DNA from: Girardia tigrina
Taxonomy: Eukaryota
Assembly (NCBI GenBank): GCA_001938485.1
Contig: MQRK01235211.1
Span: 12,154 to 71,017 of the forward strand
Reading direction: 5' to 3'
Length of the DNA: 58,864 nt
The notes beneath the pieces were generated by a model. The model was not told the DNA's origin, ran no database searches, and was given only the letters and a program-made list of their open reading frames with translations. Positions 41,201 through 52,196 of the stretch are shown here, one piece after another. Within the stretch, counting starts at the first letter, position 1. Every line of letters begins with the position of its first letter. Made by a program: the position numbers and the translations under genes.

Positions 41201-44200
41201 CTATTGTCGGAGAGTTTCTGTGGAATTATTAAGCCAATTTTCACACAATTCCAAGCTTTTTGAAACAAAGAACGATCGGGAATTGGTTGACATTGAAGTT
41301 GTCGGCTAGCATTCGTGCTGTTCCACAGCCACTAGAAGGGCCTGGTCGTTGAATCCCTTGAACCGTCTTTCATCTTATCATTTATTAATTGTTTCCTTAC
41401 CGAAAAGTTCATTACGATCAAGAAATGACACCGCCTCATTCAAACCTTTCTCAAAGTAGTACAGTATAATATGGCACCTTTGAGTGGGCCTCCAATCTCT
41501 TTCAATGGTATTGATCCTTTGGCTCTTTAGAGGGTCCACCCAAACTAAAGTCCTTAAGGGCCCACCGATAGGCCTCCTATGGGGTCTGTGGCCTTCCGTC
41601 TCTAAGCAGTAGGTTTGCCAGTTATAAACGACCAGCCATGGAACTTGGTACCATGGCCATATATACTTCTGGCTGTTACGTTGGACGCGTAACAGCCGCG
41701 AAATGTGCACTTGAACTCTCCTCTTGCTGTCGAGTAGTCGGCTGGCAGTCGGTATTGTAGGTGCGGCTCTTCTTCGGTATCGTCATTTGTCTGTATCCTC
41801 AGCATACTCACAGTTGCGTCCGGTAACTGAGAGTTGGATTGGTTTGATATCGGCTCTTCCTCGTTCTCTCTTTCCAAGTTCTCTTCTCTCTGGGCGTTGG
41901 ATGTTGGCGGTTCTTGGTGATTCTTCTGAATGTGAATCCTTAGGAATCCAGCAGTTTTGTATTCCTTCGAGCAATGTTGACATTGGTAGTTTCATTTCTT
42001 CTGACGTGGTTGGGCTTTCTTCTCTCTTTGCTTTCGCGGAATTTGGCCTGCTCCATTGTGATCTCTTCTGAGATGCCTGTTCAATTCCTTCACTTCTGCA
42101 TACTGTCTATGACAGGTATCCATCGGGCAGCTGTGTTCTTTTAAACGAGGTAACACCAGTCTCAGTGTTTTCTCGTCCCCACTCCTTTGAATTCTTCTCA
42201 GTCGGAATATCTTCTCGATCTTTCCATCCATCTTCAGTCGATTCTCCTGCAAAATGTCTCTCTTAAATTCCCCTAAACTGTACTCGGCTCGAAAGAGCCA
42301 GTGAGTGTCCACTCTGAGACATTCTACCAGATGTTGCTTTCTCCGACCGCTGATCTTCTTCCCTCCGATGAGTTTGCATCCACTGATCTGTTTGACGTTC
42401 TCCGGGCAGTCTCCTAAATCGATTTTCACATTGTGGATGATTCTTATCCGCGCAATGATAACCATTGGGCTTTGCAGTCCAATAGATATCTCATCCATCC
42501 TGATTCTTTCAGCTTTTGATATCCCCAGAGTTCGCCGAGTGCACAGATTGTGAAAATCTTTCAGCTTTTTCATGTGTGCTTCGTTTGTTCTCCAGTTTTC
42601 ACAGCTGTAGTAAACCACCGGGAATACACAGCTGTTAATTATGTTCTTCTTGTTCCAAAGAGACAGCTTGTTATTCTTCAACACTGGTCTGATCGTTCGT
42701 AGTTTCGCTGTTCCTTTCTGAATCCTGGCCTTGATGTCCGTACCTGAGTTTCCCCTACACTCAATTATCGATCCCAGGTAACAGAATTCATCCACCCATT
42801 CAATTCCTGCATTCACCTCGTCCCTTGCCGTAATGTATTTTGCTCCATTGAGATTCAGGATCTTCGTTTTCCCAATGTTGATTTTGAGCCCCATATTCGA
42901 GAACGCAGTGTTGAGACACGTGAGATTTCTTTCGATGTTTCCAAAGTCCTCGTCCAGTAAGCACAGGTCGTCTGCATAAGCAAGCCTGTTCACGGTCAGC
43001 TCTTCACCATTGTAGTTCAGTTTCACACCGCCTGATAGTCCCTCTTTGACTGCGGTCTTAATTGCATGATCAAAGACAAGATTGAATAATAGAGGTCCTA
43101 ATACGCAACCTTGGCTGACTCCGGTTGTTCATTCTGAACTTATCCATCGCTATGCTGCCCGTGAAACCTTCATGAAACTTCATGATAATGCTCAGCATCC
43201 GATCCTGTATTCCAATTCCTTGAAGGCAGTCCCAGAGAACTTTCCTTAGTATGCTGTCGAATGCCTTTTCAAGGTCGATAAAGATATCAAAAACATTTAT
43301 ATTTCGGTATCTGGCCTCTTCTTGTATCTTTCGTATGATACATATTGCGTGCGCCGTGCTTCTATTTGGTCTGAAACCAAATTGCCAGTCGTCCAGTATC
43401 CTTTCAAGATGTGGCATTAATCTATTTGCAACGATTCTGGTCATGATCTTTCCTCCTACATCAAGTAGGAATATTCCTCTATAATTGTTTAGTTCCTTCT
43501 TGGACCCCTTTCCTTTGTATAGGGTCACCACCTTCGCCGTTTTCCAAGCATCCGGGAATTCCGCTCTTCCCTCTCATATGTCCACGAAACATTGCAGGAT
43601 CTTTTCAGTTAACTGGAGACCGCGCCACTTATATAGCTCTGGAATGATACCGTTGTTTCCAGCAGCTGTACAGTTCTTCAGTTGCCTAATAGCGATACTT
43701 ACTTCTTCTACATCCGGTGAGTAATCGATGTCTAGTGTTTGGCTCTGTTCGATATCCACGATATAACTTCTTTCGCTCTTCTTGAATAGATGTGAGAACT
43801 GCTCTGCTAACACTTCGTCCTTCACACTGCTCTGCACAGTACATAGAGAGGATTTGAGTATTGTTTTCAACACTCATTTTTAAAAAATTAAAATAAATGC
43901 TGAAAAATATTGTAAGAAAAGCATACAAAACACCATATTTTCAACGAAAAAAGGGCATAAAAATCCGCATTAATTATACTCTATAGATACAAAATAAATG
44001 TTACTATCAAATAGAGACATGTTAACTATTGGCCCATACGGAATCCAAAATAAGCACTGAAATTATTTGTGAAATTACGTGAAATTATTATCACCGTAAT
44101 CGTTCGTTGAAAAGCTGTCAAACGAACAAAATTTATGATGATTTGGATGACTTATTAACCGATGTTAGAAATACGTAGGACGACCGGTGTATCGCAGTAT

Positions 44201-47200
44201 GATATGTTAAAAATAAAAATACAAACAAAGCAAGTCTAATTTTTATTGAAAAAATTTGCTGGATTGATACACATCAGAAAATCTTGGAAGTATTAATGAA
44301 AAAATGATTATAGTAAATGATTATGTTTGAAATTCATTTGATAAAATATTGTGGGTTTTTTATTTTTATGAGAAATAAAAAAGATTTATTTTTGTCAAAA
44401 AATATGATTAAACTCCACTGTACAAATTAATCATCATAAAGTAAATATAATTGTGCAAATTTATCACACTAATTTTTAATATGTAAATATAATTTACTCC
44501 AAAGTATTGCAAAAAATAAGAAGCATAGGTGTAATTATAATAATAGTAATTATTAAGAACATTTACACAAGTCTCGTTTGAATTTTTATTACACTCACAT
44601 TTAGAGTCATTATGACTCTCAGAAAATCTTTCATCGTTTGTCATCATTCTAATTGGTTTTCTTATTTCTCTTTTAATCATGATTATTCGAACAATTTTCT
44701 AAGTCATTTTTAAAAATATATTAATTAATATTAATTAAAAATAATAAATTTTACCATTTCTCAATTAATCCCAAAATAATAAAAATGTCATCAAAATATT
44801 AAAAATACATTTAATTTAAATTTTATCAAAAAATATTAAACTTAACTTTAATTGTTAAATTAAAAATATGAACTTATAAAATGATTATTTTAATTATGTT
44901 CGAATAGTCAATCGCTTTAAATTTAAATAAAAAAAATACCAATTTCCATCTGGGTGGGAGAATCACCATTCTAAATTCAACATACTTAAATCAACATACA
45001 GCATAACTACATTTACACATTCAAACAATTTAAAATATTCCTCACAAATTATAAATATTTTCTTCACAAATTTCAATAATACAAAATCCCTCCAGGTAAA
45101 ATTTCAAAGAAAATCAGTTATCTTCTCTTAGAGGTACAATAAAAAAGATGATATAATTTGGCGTCGTCATTATTAAAGATTAGGGAAAAAAGATAACTTA
45201 ATATTTCGATCAAAAAATAATTTTGTGAATTAAAAAGTTATTAGTTGTTAATATATATTTTCTTAAAGAAAATCAACTAATTTTTAGAAATCGTGGATTT
45301 AATTTTTAGAACTGGTTGAAACTATATTTGATATGACATTTTGCTTTACATTGAGTTGTTTGGAAAGTTCTTTCGATTGTCATTATTCACTAAACAACGT
45401 CTGATTAGGCGTTAATTTCGAAAGATTTTAATTCTTTACAAAATAGACACATGTTCACTTTGTGTTGATAATTCAAATTGATCAATTGTGCTTTGTTTTG
45501 TTTGGTGTTATTTCGAATGTGGAAGATTATAATGAATGTTTTCGACAATTTTGCTTTTTTATTTTAAAAAAAAATCCTAAAATGTTTCAGAAACCCAATG
45601 AAAGACATGATGTGTTTATGGTGAACATGTGATGACTATGTATAATTGCAATACTGATTCCTTAAATGTTTCCGAAATTTTCACTTCAATGAGCATTGTG
45701 CTCAGGTAGACCAGCTAAAGTCAATGAAATCAAATTTAAAACCCCAATTGAAACTGATAGATGACGAGGGGCAAGATTGATGAGTACTTAAATCAATGAA
45801 AATCAACTATCTATAACCGTCAAAAACACTGATTATTTTACAAAGCTCGATATTTGGATACCACGTAAACTGAATGAAGTTCATTTAACGCAACAAATCA
45901 AAGTATGCGACTTGCTCTTAAAGCGTAATCGAAATGATCGATTATAAACTGGTGGTAAAAGTGGATAGTATAAAATAATGTTCAACGCATAAATCGAGAT
46001 ATAAACATAGACAGTTCACTTTACATCATAAGATGATCCTGATTATACAATATTGTGCTGTTATGGGATTGATGTGGACAATGCCACCGATCGATCGCAT
46101 GCTAAAATGCGACAGCGCAATATTTGCTCGTCGATCAATAAAATTTACCATATTTCGGTGGCGTTCATACTTTCGAAGGGTCGCCACNNNNNNNNNNNNN
46201 NNNNNNNNNNNNNNNNNNNNNNNNNNNNNNNNNNNNNNNNNNNNNNNNNNNNNNNNNNNNNNNNNNNNNNNNNNNNNNNNNNNNNNNNNNNNNNNNNNNN
46301 NNNNNNNNNNNNNNNNNNNNNNNNNNNNNNNNNNNNNNNNNNNNNNNNNNNNNNNNNNNNNNNNNNNNNNNNNNNNNNNNNNNNNNNNNNNNNNNNNATC
46401 GATCTGCGAGGCGAATTGACCAGGTTGCAGGAATCGGTTCATTCTCGGCCGATCGAGTTTCGTTTGAGTCGATGATTTCGATCGATTGGAATCGATATTA
46501 TTCGGGGAAATTTTCGAACGTTTTTCAATCGTATCAATATAATTGTTATTCGAATTTCGTTTGGAAAAACCAATCGGATAAATGACGTTCCGAATGATTA
46601 AATATAGAAACGATAATGANNNNNNNNNNNNNNNNNNNNNNNNNNNNNNNNNNNNNNNNNNNNNNNNNNTCGAGTGAACAAAACGACATTTGAACTCAAA
46701 TTATCAACTTGTTTGAAAGAAATTTTTTATTTTTCAATACAAGGAATTTAACATTTGTAATTTGAAAATTGTACATTTAATTGTCATTCTTCAAACATGA
46801 GCATTTTTTTTTCAATTATAAATTTTTTATTGAAAATTTTTTCTTTTTAATGCGCATCTGAATTTTTCAGTTTTAAAAATTTCAGGGGTCGCAAATCCAA
46901 TTAAGAAAGTTTTTTTTTAAAATTAAAGTCAAAAAAATTAAATTAAATATCACTTTAAAAACTCTTAATTGGTTGCTACTGCTGATGCGATTTAGTGAAC
47001 ACTACAGGGATCATAAGTGCTTTATGTATCTTTAGATCACAGAACAATTGATCCTTATCTTAGATGTCAGTAAAAAGTCAAATTATTTTTTTTAGTTTGA
47101 TGATAAAACTCGAAACAACTTCCAGGATAACCTAATATATTGACAAAAGCTAAATTAAAAAAACTGATCTCTTCGAGTCATTAAAATATTTTATTCAAAT

Positions 47201-50200
47201 TTTCTTGTATAGTTATGTAAATATTTGTAAATCTATATTAATATTTTCAAAGAATTTTTGTGAACTTGTTTGGAAAATGTATTCTTTATCAATTAAAATT
47301 AGTTATCAATCATTGAGTATTACCTGAAAATGTTGTGATATTAGTATGAAATTAGACAAGATATGTGATATTTATATTTTATTTAATTTTTAGTATATAT
47401 AAATATAATTTCCTGAAAATTTATAGATGTTAATTTTATAGGATTTGGATTAAAGTAAAAGATATGTGCCTTTTAAAATTCTTAGCCAAAAATAAGAAAT
47501 ATTCAAATTCAAGTTTAACCAATACTTTCAAGAATCACAGTCGCAGTTCAGCTGAATATACTCAAGTCGTTGATAGCTTTACTCCAATGTCAGGGACTTT
47601 ACGACACAATGGATTTAACTGGTCGTCTAACGGCAGCTGTAGGCAAAGTAATCGTACTCTTACAACGAGAGCTGATAGCAAACCAACGATCGCTAGCAGA
47701 GATTCATTTCAGATGTCAAATTACATTTCAGATAATAATATCAATCAGATAAACCATGAGGATGAGCTACCAAGCAAAGTGCCAAAGCGAAAGTTATTTG
47801 AAATGATTCGGTCAAACAGTAGTTTGAGAAATAATCCTCTCAACAAATTTAGGCCAACATCATTATCAAGACAATCATTTACTGGTAATTTATTTTATGT
47901 TTATACTTTTAAAATCAATCTTTTAAATTATTAAGCTTCTCATTATTTAAATTATGAAAATTAGAAGACCTTTATGTTAAAGTTTGATAATCGTTACAAA
48001 TAGCTTCACACTTTTTGCAGTTGTGATTTGAAATTGTATTTTTTTTTCGTTTTGGTAGGTAGAAAAAAATATTAACCTTTCTGTTTGAAAGTTATCACAA
48101 GAAAATTTCTGAATATTTCGTTAAAAAATATTGTATTTTTTTCGAAATAAATAGAAGTAAATTAACTTTACAGAATATTATTGTGAGGAATATCTGCAAT
48201 GTTTGGCGTATCGCGTTTTGAATGTTGTATGTTGATTTGGAATTGTCTCTTCTACCAACGTGGCTAATTCGCATTTCGTTTCTTTCTTTTAGCAATTAAT
48301 TTAATAATCACAAATATTTATTATTATTAAAATTTTACAGTTGCCCAGACAGACTTTTTTCTGATTGCTTGTTGGTAGTTTTTTTATTTTCAAAAAATAA
48401 AAATAAATCATTTACAAATCTTTTATAAGCAAAAGGCCATAACAATATTTTCCTAACTTTTCGACAAAAAAGCGAGATTTATGTTTGTGTTGATGGAGAT
48501 CCCAAAGCAATTCCATCCACTTGTTATTAAATACAAATGTATACTTGATATAACAAAGTCAGCAGTCTTCAAAATGCTACTTAATTCAAATTTTTGTTTC
48601 ACGAGTATTATTTTTTTGCTCGTCATTTATTTATCAAATAGCTCACAGTACTAAACGATTAACTTGTCAGACGTTTTGGACTTATTGATTGTAAACACGA
48701 ATCAAGTGATTCTTCAAATAAGCTCATAGTATTATTTATGAAACATGTTATTACAGCTGTTGGGTATAGCAAAACTATTTGTTGTATAAAATGCGGAATC
48801 ATATAATTTGTGAACCAAAGGAAAAATGTTTCTTTTTCATTTAAGATGTTTGTTTGTTAAGAATAAGAATAATTCATTTGATTTTTACTTCGAAATAAAA
48901 TAATTCACATTTTAATTTTTTGTTGCACCAGAAATATATAAATACTATATATATACAGTATATTAATTATTAATATTTTAGATAGAAGTTCGAATATATA
49001 TGATAGTCGGTATGCAAGTTCTCAAACTGGATTATTAAAAGGAAAACGCAACAATGTTTTATCTGAGTTCATTGAAATTGATCCATCTATGTGGACTTCA
49101 GATATATCTCATTCAAGAAATACATCTAGATATCCTTTTCCATATAGGAATAATTCTCAATTCAATAATAACTCTCAGTCTGATATTTCATCGAAATTTA
49201 ATTCTAAAATATATTCTACTACAACGGATACATATTTGGAACCTAAGATAGAGCTATCTAATCTGCTTAATGAAGAAGAATCTGTTCCTACTTCTCCATG
49301 CAACCCCAAAAAGAAAGATGAAGAATACATGGTGTACGATCATTCCAGCAACGTTGTTGACTCAACTGGCCTTTCTTCAGTTACAGAATCATTTTCTAAT
49401 GAAAATGATGAAAATAAAAGATTTTCAATGATTAGCAATAATTATTACGGTTTACAGAATGTAGATGTCAGGCCAAATGGCTATAATCCTAATAGCAATA
49501 ATATAATTTCTACGACAAGCAATAATAACAATAACGATTCAGTTTATGAAATAATCGATGATGATAATTTAGTAAGATTTAATTTTTTACATTTAAACTA
49601 AGACTAAAATAAATAAATTAAAAAACAATCATTAACATTGTTACCATTTTTAATTAATGACTGTAAAAGAAATAATAAATCAAAGGTCATTTCTTACAAT
49701 CACCTAAATATTTAATCCCTCAGAAATCACAAACATATGAGTACTTGGTATCTCTCAAAAGTTTTAAGAGACTTTAATCGGAAGCCCAAAATAACTACAA
49801 GCATCGTTTAGTTAAATGTCTCATAGTCTCCACCTCATACAACCACTGTATTACAATGCTCGAGAAAGTTAACATCGATCTCACGAAATCTATTTAAACC
49901 ATTTCAACGTATTTTAACTACTTTCTGGGAAAACATTAAGTTATTTTGTCGTAGAATCCTTTTCTATTTTTCAAGAGTATAGATGCTCAGTACTAATAAT
50001 CATGATCATGCCGAAATCGTTGCAAAAAAAGTATATATATATATATATATATGTGTGTGTAATGTCTATATGTCCTTACATCTCATGTCATGAACTTTTT
50101 TAGGTTGTGATTTATTGAAGGACAATTATTTTATGTGGAATCAAATTTACTGTATATCATCTATATATCGCATAAGAAGTAATTCACTCAGACTTTTGTA

Positions 50201-50887
50201 ACCATTCAAGTATTTAAATAAAAGTTATTGCTAGTGATTGACTTGGTACTTTATTCCGCTAATTTAAATCTTATCATGACATCATTCAGCTGATTTCTGA
50301 TAATGGCTCGTGTAACCCGCTTCTTCTACTACTATTAAATCAAAGTAAATCTTCGCAGTAGGGTAATCAGTTTCCAAAAAGAATAATAATCAAACGATTC
50401 TCGGTCAGTATGTGTGCAGGATAAGAAGTAACCCAAATTCTTTTTATTACTAAATACTTTTATAGTTTAAATTTGTAAGCTGACGTTTTCATGATTTGAT
50501 GTTTGTTCTGGAAGCTGAACTTATGAAGATCCAAAACGATTACTTAGATTTTTACTTACTTTTTTATATTCAATGGCGTTTCGAATTAAAACTTGACATT
50601 GATATTGGTTCTGTTATTCTTAATGCACCTTATAAATTTTATGTTGTACACACTTTTACTTGGCGGGTAAAACTATGAATACACATTCAGTCATAGAAAA
50701 GGAAATATTATTCATAAAAGCTGAGACTTTGATATTTTTTTCGATACTTGTTAAAAATTAAACATGTTTATGAAATGTATTAAAAAATTGTATAATATAG
50801 TAATTTAATATATTTTAAAATATTTAGTATCAAAGCACACTTGAGAGAAGACATATGGCATTGCCTCCTCGACCCAATGAAGATTAA
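16599..50887 (+). CDS. Multi-exon single-pass membrane receptor: signal peptide, SUEL-type lectin, CUB-like, Sushi/CCP, S/T/P stalk, TM, Tyr-rich cytoplasmic tail (~819 aa)
   Basis: Exons 16599-16677, 16732-17076, 21457-21683, 28414-28684, 28739-28960, 29017-29157, 39679-39760, 47442-47884, 48982-49571, 50828-50887. All introns are GT-AG, phases match (1,1,0,1,1,1,2,1,0), total 2460 nt with no internal stop. The first 54-nt intron is the least certain, and missed symmetric exons cannot be excluded. Confidence 0.8.
17366..18814 (-). mobile_element. Mariner (DD34D) element, near full length, inactive, in an intron
   Basis: TA-flanked TIRs TTAGG(G)TGAACCAAAAGTC(TT)TTCGTATTTT. Motifs IVTFDEKWV, LQQDNAKLH, HPAYSPDLAPSDYHLFRSM. 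N-terminus MENFEIRVLLRHYWKQG* has a stop. Two N gaps inside. Confidence 0.95.
18900..19390 (-). mobile_element. Gag-like N-terminal remnant of an LTR retrotransposon
   Basis: MSNSESGLNNCCNDNSDC...KFDRSESKLDDFIKQ followed, after a frameshift, by FERYC, a gag-like KF..FIxxFERY pattern. The 5' part is repeated at ~245-350. Confidence 0.45.
19620..19990 (+). mobile_element. Mariner 3' remnant
   Basis: C-terminus NGISEMVEKWDHVVKNDGEWLIE* followed by a TIR-like ...AAAACAACCTAA|TA. Confidence 0.6.
21457..21683 (+). CDS. Receptor exon: N-terminal half of a CUB-like domain
   Basis: TTTTAG acceptor (phase 1), GGYITSVGY resembling the CUB GxITSPxY motif, GTAAAT donor (phase 0). Confidence 0.75.
25341..25634 (+). 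mobile_element. 5'-truncated RTE-like LINE copy (last zinc finger plus 3' UTR) with 12-bp TSD
   Basis: TSD GTCCTAAATAAA at 25329-25340 and 25635-25646. Translation FNGPFAGFSKSTGTAKGMLNHGTSEYDW*FFTG aligns with FKCTFRGCYASNVTARSIYGHGTKFHGWSFITG of the LINE at 41485-43850. The last 65 nt match that LINE at 59/65. Confidence 0.85.
28414..29157 (+). CDS. Receptor exons: CUB C-terminal half (28414-28684), Sushi/CCP (28739-28960), Ser/Thr/Pro stalk (29017-29157)
   Basis: C..D..IC..RGLLIKY, then CPKL..NA..IECFPGYYL..TC..GSW..PDSC (four Cys plus Trp, CCP pattern). 54- and 56-nt GT-AG introns with consistent phases. Confidence 0.85.
30760..32460 (-). mobile_element. 5'-truncated RTE-like LINE (post-RT region plus degenerate C2H2 fingers)
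   Basis: KKLRELQPAIQSNQVPIALKISLIESSIFPAV and KRRIEFF..GSGNRKVSGHKKQ align with ORF 41992-43026. Finger remnants: FTYPSCFKALA..EHIKNVH, and (frameshifted) PME.YHKTYITDGWLKRHLLSDH. The frame runs through (NV|HEGC) once the Tc1 insert is removed. Confidence 0.75.
31184..31589 (+). mobile_element. Internally deleted Tc1-like element (406 bp)
   Basis: Perfect 32-bp TIR CAGTCAGGTGCAAAAGTTTGTGAACGCTTGTT, TA duplicated on both sides, internal FQHD..PCH..WPGNSPDRNPI. Confidence 0.95.
33221..34534 (+). mobile_element. ITm (Tc1/mariner superfamily) element, DD37E/TRT-like motifs, decayed
   Basis: IIMDDESYF, F*PDLASEHY and NPPNV..IENFWGALK motifs. Right TIR TTTATCCAGATTTTGCCTGCGCACCCGT|TA, left TIR degenerate. 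The exact D-E spacing cannot be counted because of indels. Confidence 0.8.
37493..38427 (+). mobile_element. pogo-like element remnant
   Basis: TA-flanked imperfect TIRs CCGTGTTTCTCCTGTTACAAG and CTTGTATTTGTGGAAACATGG. Internal IAMDETVLY, PLVIMKG, RRTLLVLDA. Confidence 0.65.
39679..39760 (+). CDS. Receptor exon: transmembrane helix
   Basis: NIVIIVVVCIVAIVAVVLIYVCCRKNK between a TTTAG acceptor (phase 1) and a GTAAG donor (phase 2). Basic stop-transfer residues follow. Too short for the ORF track. Confidence 0.9.
40100..41480 (-). mobile_element. Fragmented mariner element
   Basis: N-terminal HIILYYFEKGLNEA (~41400-41475) and C-terminal VFHHNNVRPH..LPYSLIEAPMDYHVNRSL (40300-40450), with an unrelated insertion in between. 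Confidence 0.6.
41485..43850 (-). mobile_element. 5'-truncated RTE-clade LINE with two C-terminal C2H2 zinc fingers
   Basis: RT motifs NYRGIFLLDVGGK, QFGFRPNRST, FIDLEKAFDS, QGCVLGPLLFN (frameshifted), LAYADD, GLKINIGKTK, FCYLGS. Fingers CPMDTC-x12-HLRRDH and CTFRGC-x12-HGTKFH. Several frameshifts. Confidence 0.9.
45590..45990 (+). mobile_element. Mariner N-terminal/middle remnant
   Basis: LDIWIPRKLNEVHLTQQIKVCDLLLKRNRND..TGGKKWIV corresponds to the mariner WVPHEL and TGDEKW motifs. Confidence 0.7.
47442..47884 (+). CDS. Receptor exon: cytoplasmic tail part 1
   Basis: TATAG acceptor (phase 2), open Ser/Asn/Arg-rich frame containing EYTQV, GTAATT donor (phase 1). Confidence 0.8.
48982..49571 (+). 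CDS. Receptor exon: cytoplasmic tail part 2
   Basis: TTTTAG acceptor (phase 1), 590-nt open frame with NIYD, TYLEP, EEYMV and SVYEII, GTAAG donor (phase 0). Confidence 0.8.
50828..50887 (+). CDS. Receptor terminal exon YQSTLERRHMALPPRPNED*
   Basis: TTTAG acceptor (phase 0), short GC-richer island in AT-rich DNA, Pro-rich motif then TAA. Confidence 0.7.
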   Translation, partial: YQSTLERRHMALPPRPNED

Positions 50888-51067
50888 GTATGTTCTACAT
50901 CATTATTATATTAGATTTTTTTATTTATTTAAAATACATAATATATGCATTTTGATCGATATTTTGTTGGAATAATAACGATTAAACAGCGTTTTTAAAT
51001 TAAACTTTTCGCGTGTTATATTAAATCTTACAGTTTATTTATTATTTAAACTTTTAACTGATGCTTA

Positions 51068-52196
51068 CAGGGTTGTCAGAAAGTTTCTCCCATATTTACT
51101 AATTCGCATAGAAATATTTTATACTCGTTTTCTTTCATTTAATGACATTTTTAAAATCCAACAATGAGATATTGATGACCTACTATGAAGTATTTAATTA
51201 TCATTCAATTTCATAATCGATCATTAAATATTTTCTCAAGCAGAATTTGTTTAACTGACACTGATTTCGCAATATTTTGAATTCTGTTCGCTTGCTATTG
51301 ATCGACATATCTCGTTATTATTGCATAAGGTAAGCTCATTTGAAAAAACATTTTATAATCAACAGTATGTGTACTTATAAAATATATTCTAACAAATATA
51401 TTGAAGACCACTTGAAATTTTGCACTTCTCGCCATGTAGAGGGATTATACTGGGATAGTGTCATTGTAGTCAGAAAGCGAGCCAATATACTATTCACAGA
51501 CGAATCTGCCATCGAATTGCATCCACGACGTAATTGTAAAAACCAGAGAATAAGAACTAGTGATCCCAGTAAGATTCTTCCAGTGTAAAGACCAAAGCTC
51601 GGCCTGAAAATAATGGTGGCTAGTGGGGTCAGCTCTAATGGAAAATCTGAAATTCACGTTATTCTCGATAAAGTGACTATCAACTAAGAATATTATGCAC
51701 AAAATATATTCCCCATCTACGTTAAATGTCTGAAGAATCGTTTCCAATTTCCTATAAAAAGAAATTGCATTCTTATGCAAGACAGTGCCCCACACGACGA
51801 GAGTACTAGTTTCTGAAATTGAAAAGTCACTTCCTACACTGTTAACTGATTAACCAGGCAACTCGCACGATTTAAACCTTATTGAGCACATATGGAGTTT
51901 ACTACAAGATTGCGTGTTTAAGGCACTGTGTCCGATGACAACGGAATAATTAATCGCTTGGGTACTACACAATTGGGAGAAGTTGCCACAGAATCTGATT
52001 TGATTGATGACTGATTCCTAAGGGAGATGTATAGAGGAATGTTTAAAAAATAATGGATGCCACACGAATTATTGTTATTTTAAACAATTAATAACCAGTA
52101 TGAGTATAGTATGTCTCCTTAATATCAAAACATTCAGACTTCTAGTTCTTATTTTATTTGTAAAAATCAGATAGGAGAAACTTTCTGGACACCCTG
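51068..52196 (+). mobile_element. Tc1-like element, decayed
   Basis: TA-flanked TIRs CAGGGTTGTCAGAAAGTTTCTCC and GGAGAAACTTTCTGGACACCCTG. Motifs ILFTDES, MQDSAP, PGNSHDLNLIEHIW. Confidence 0.9.
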
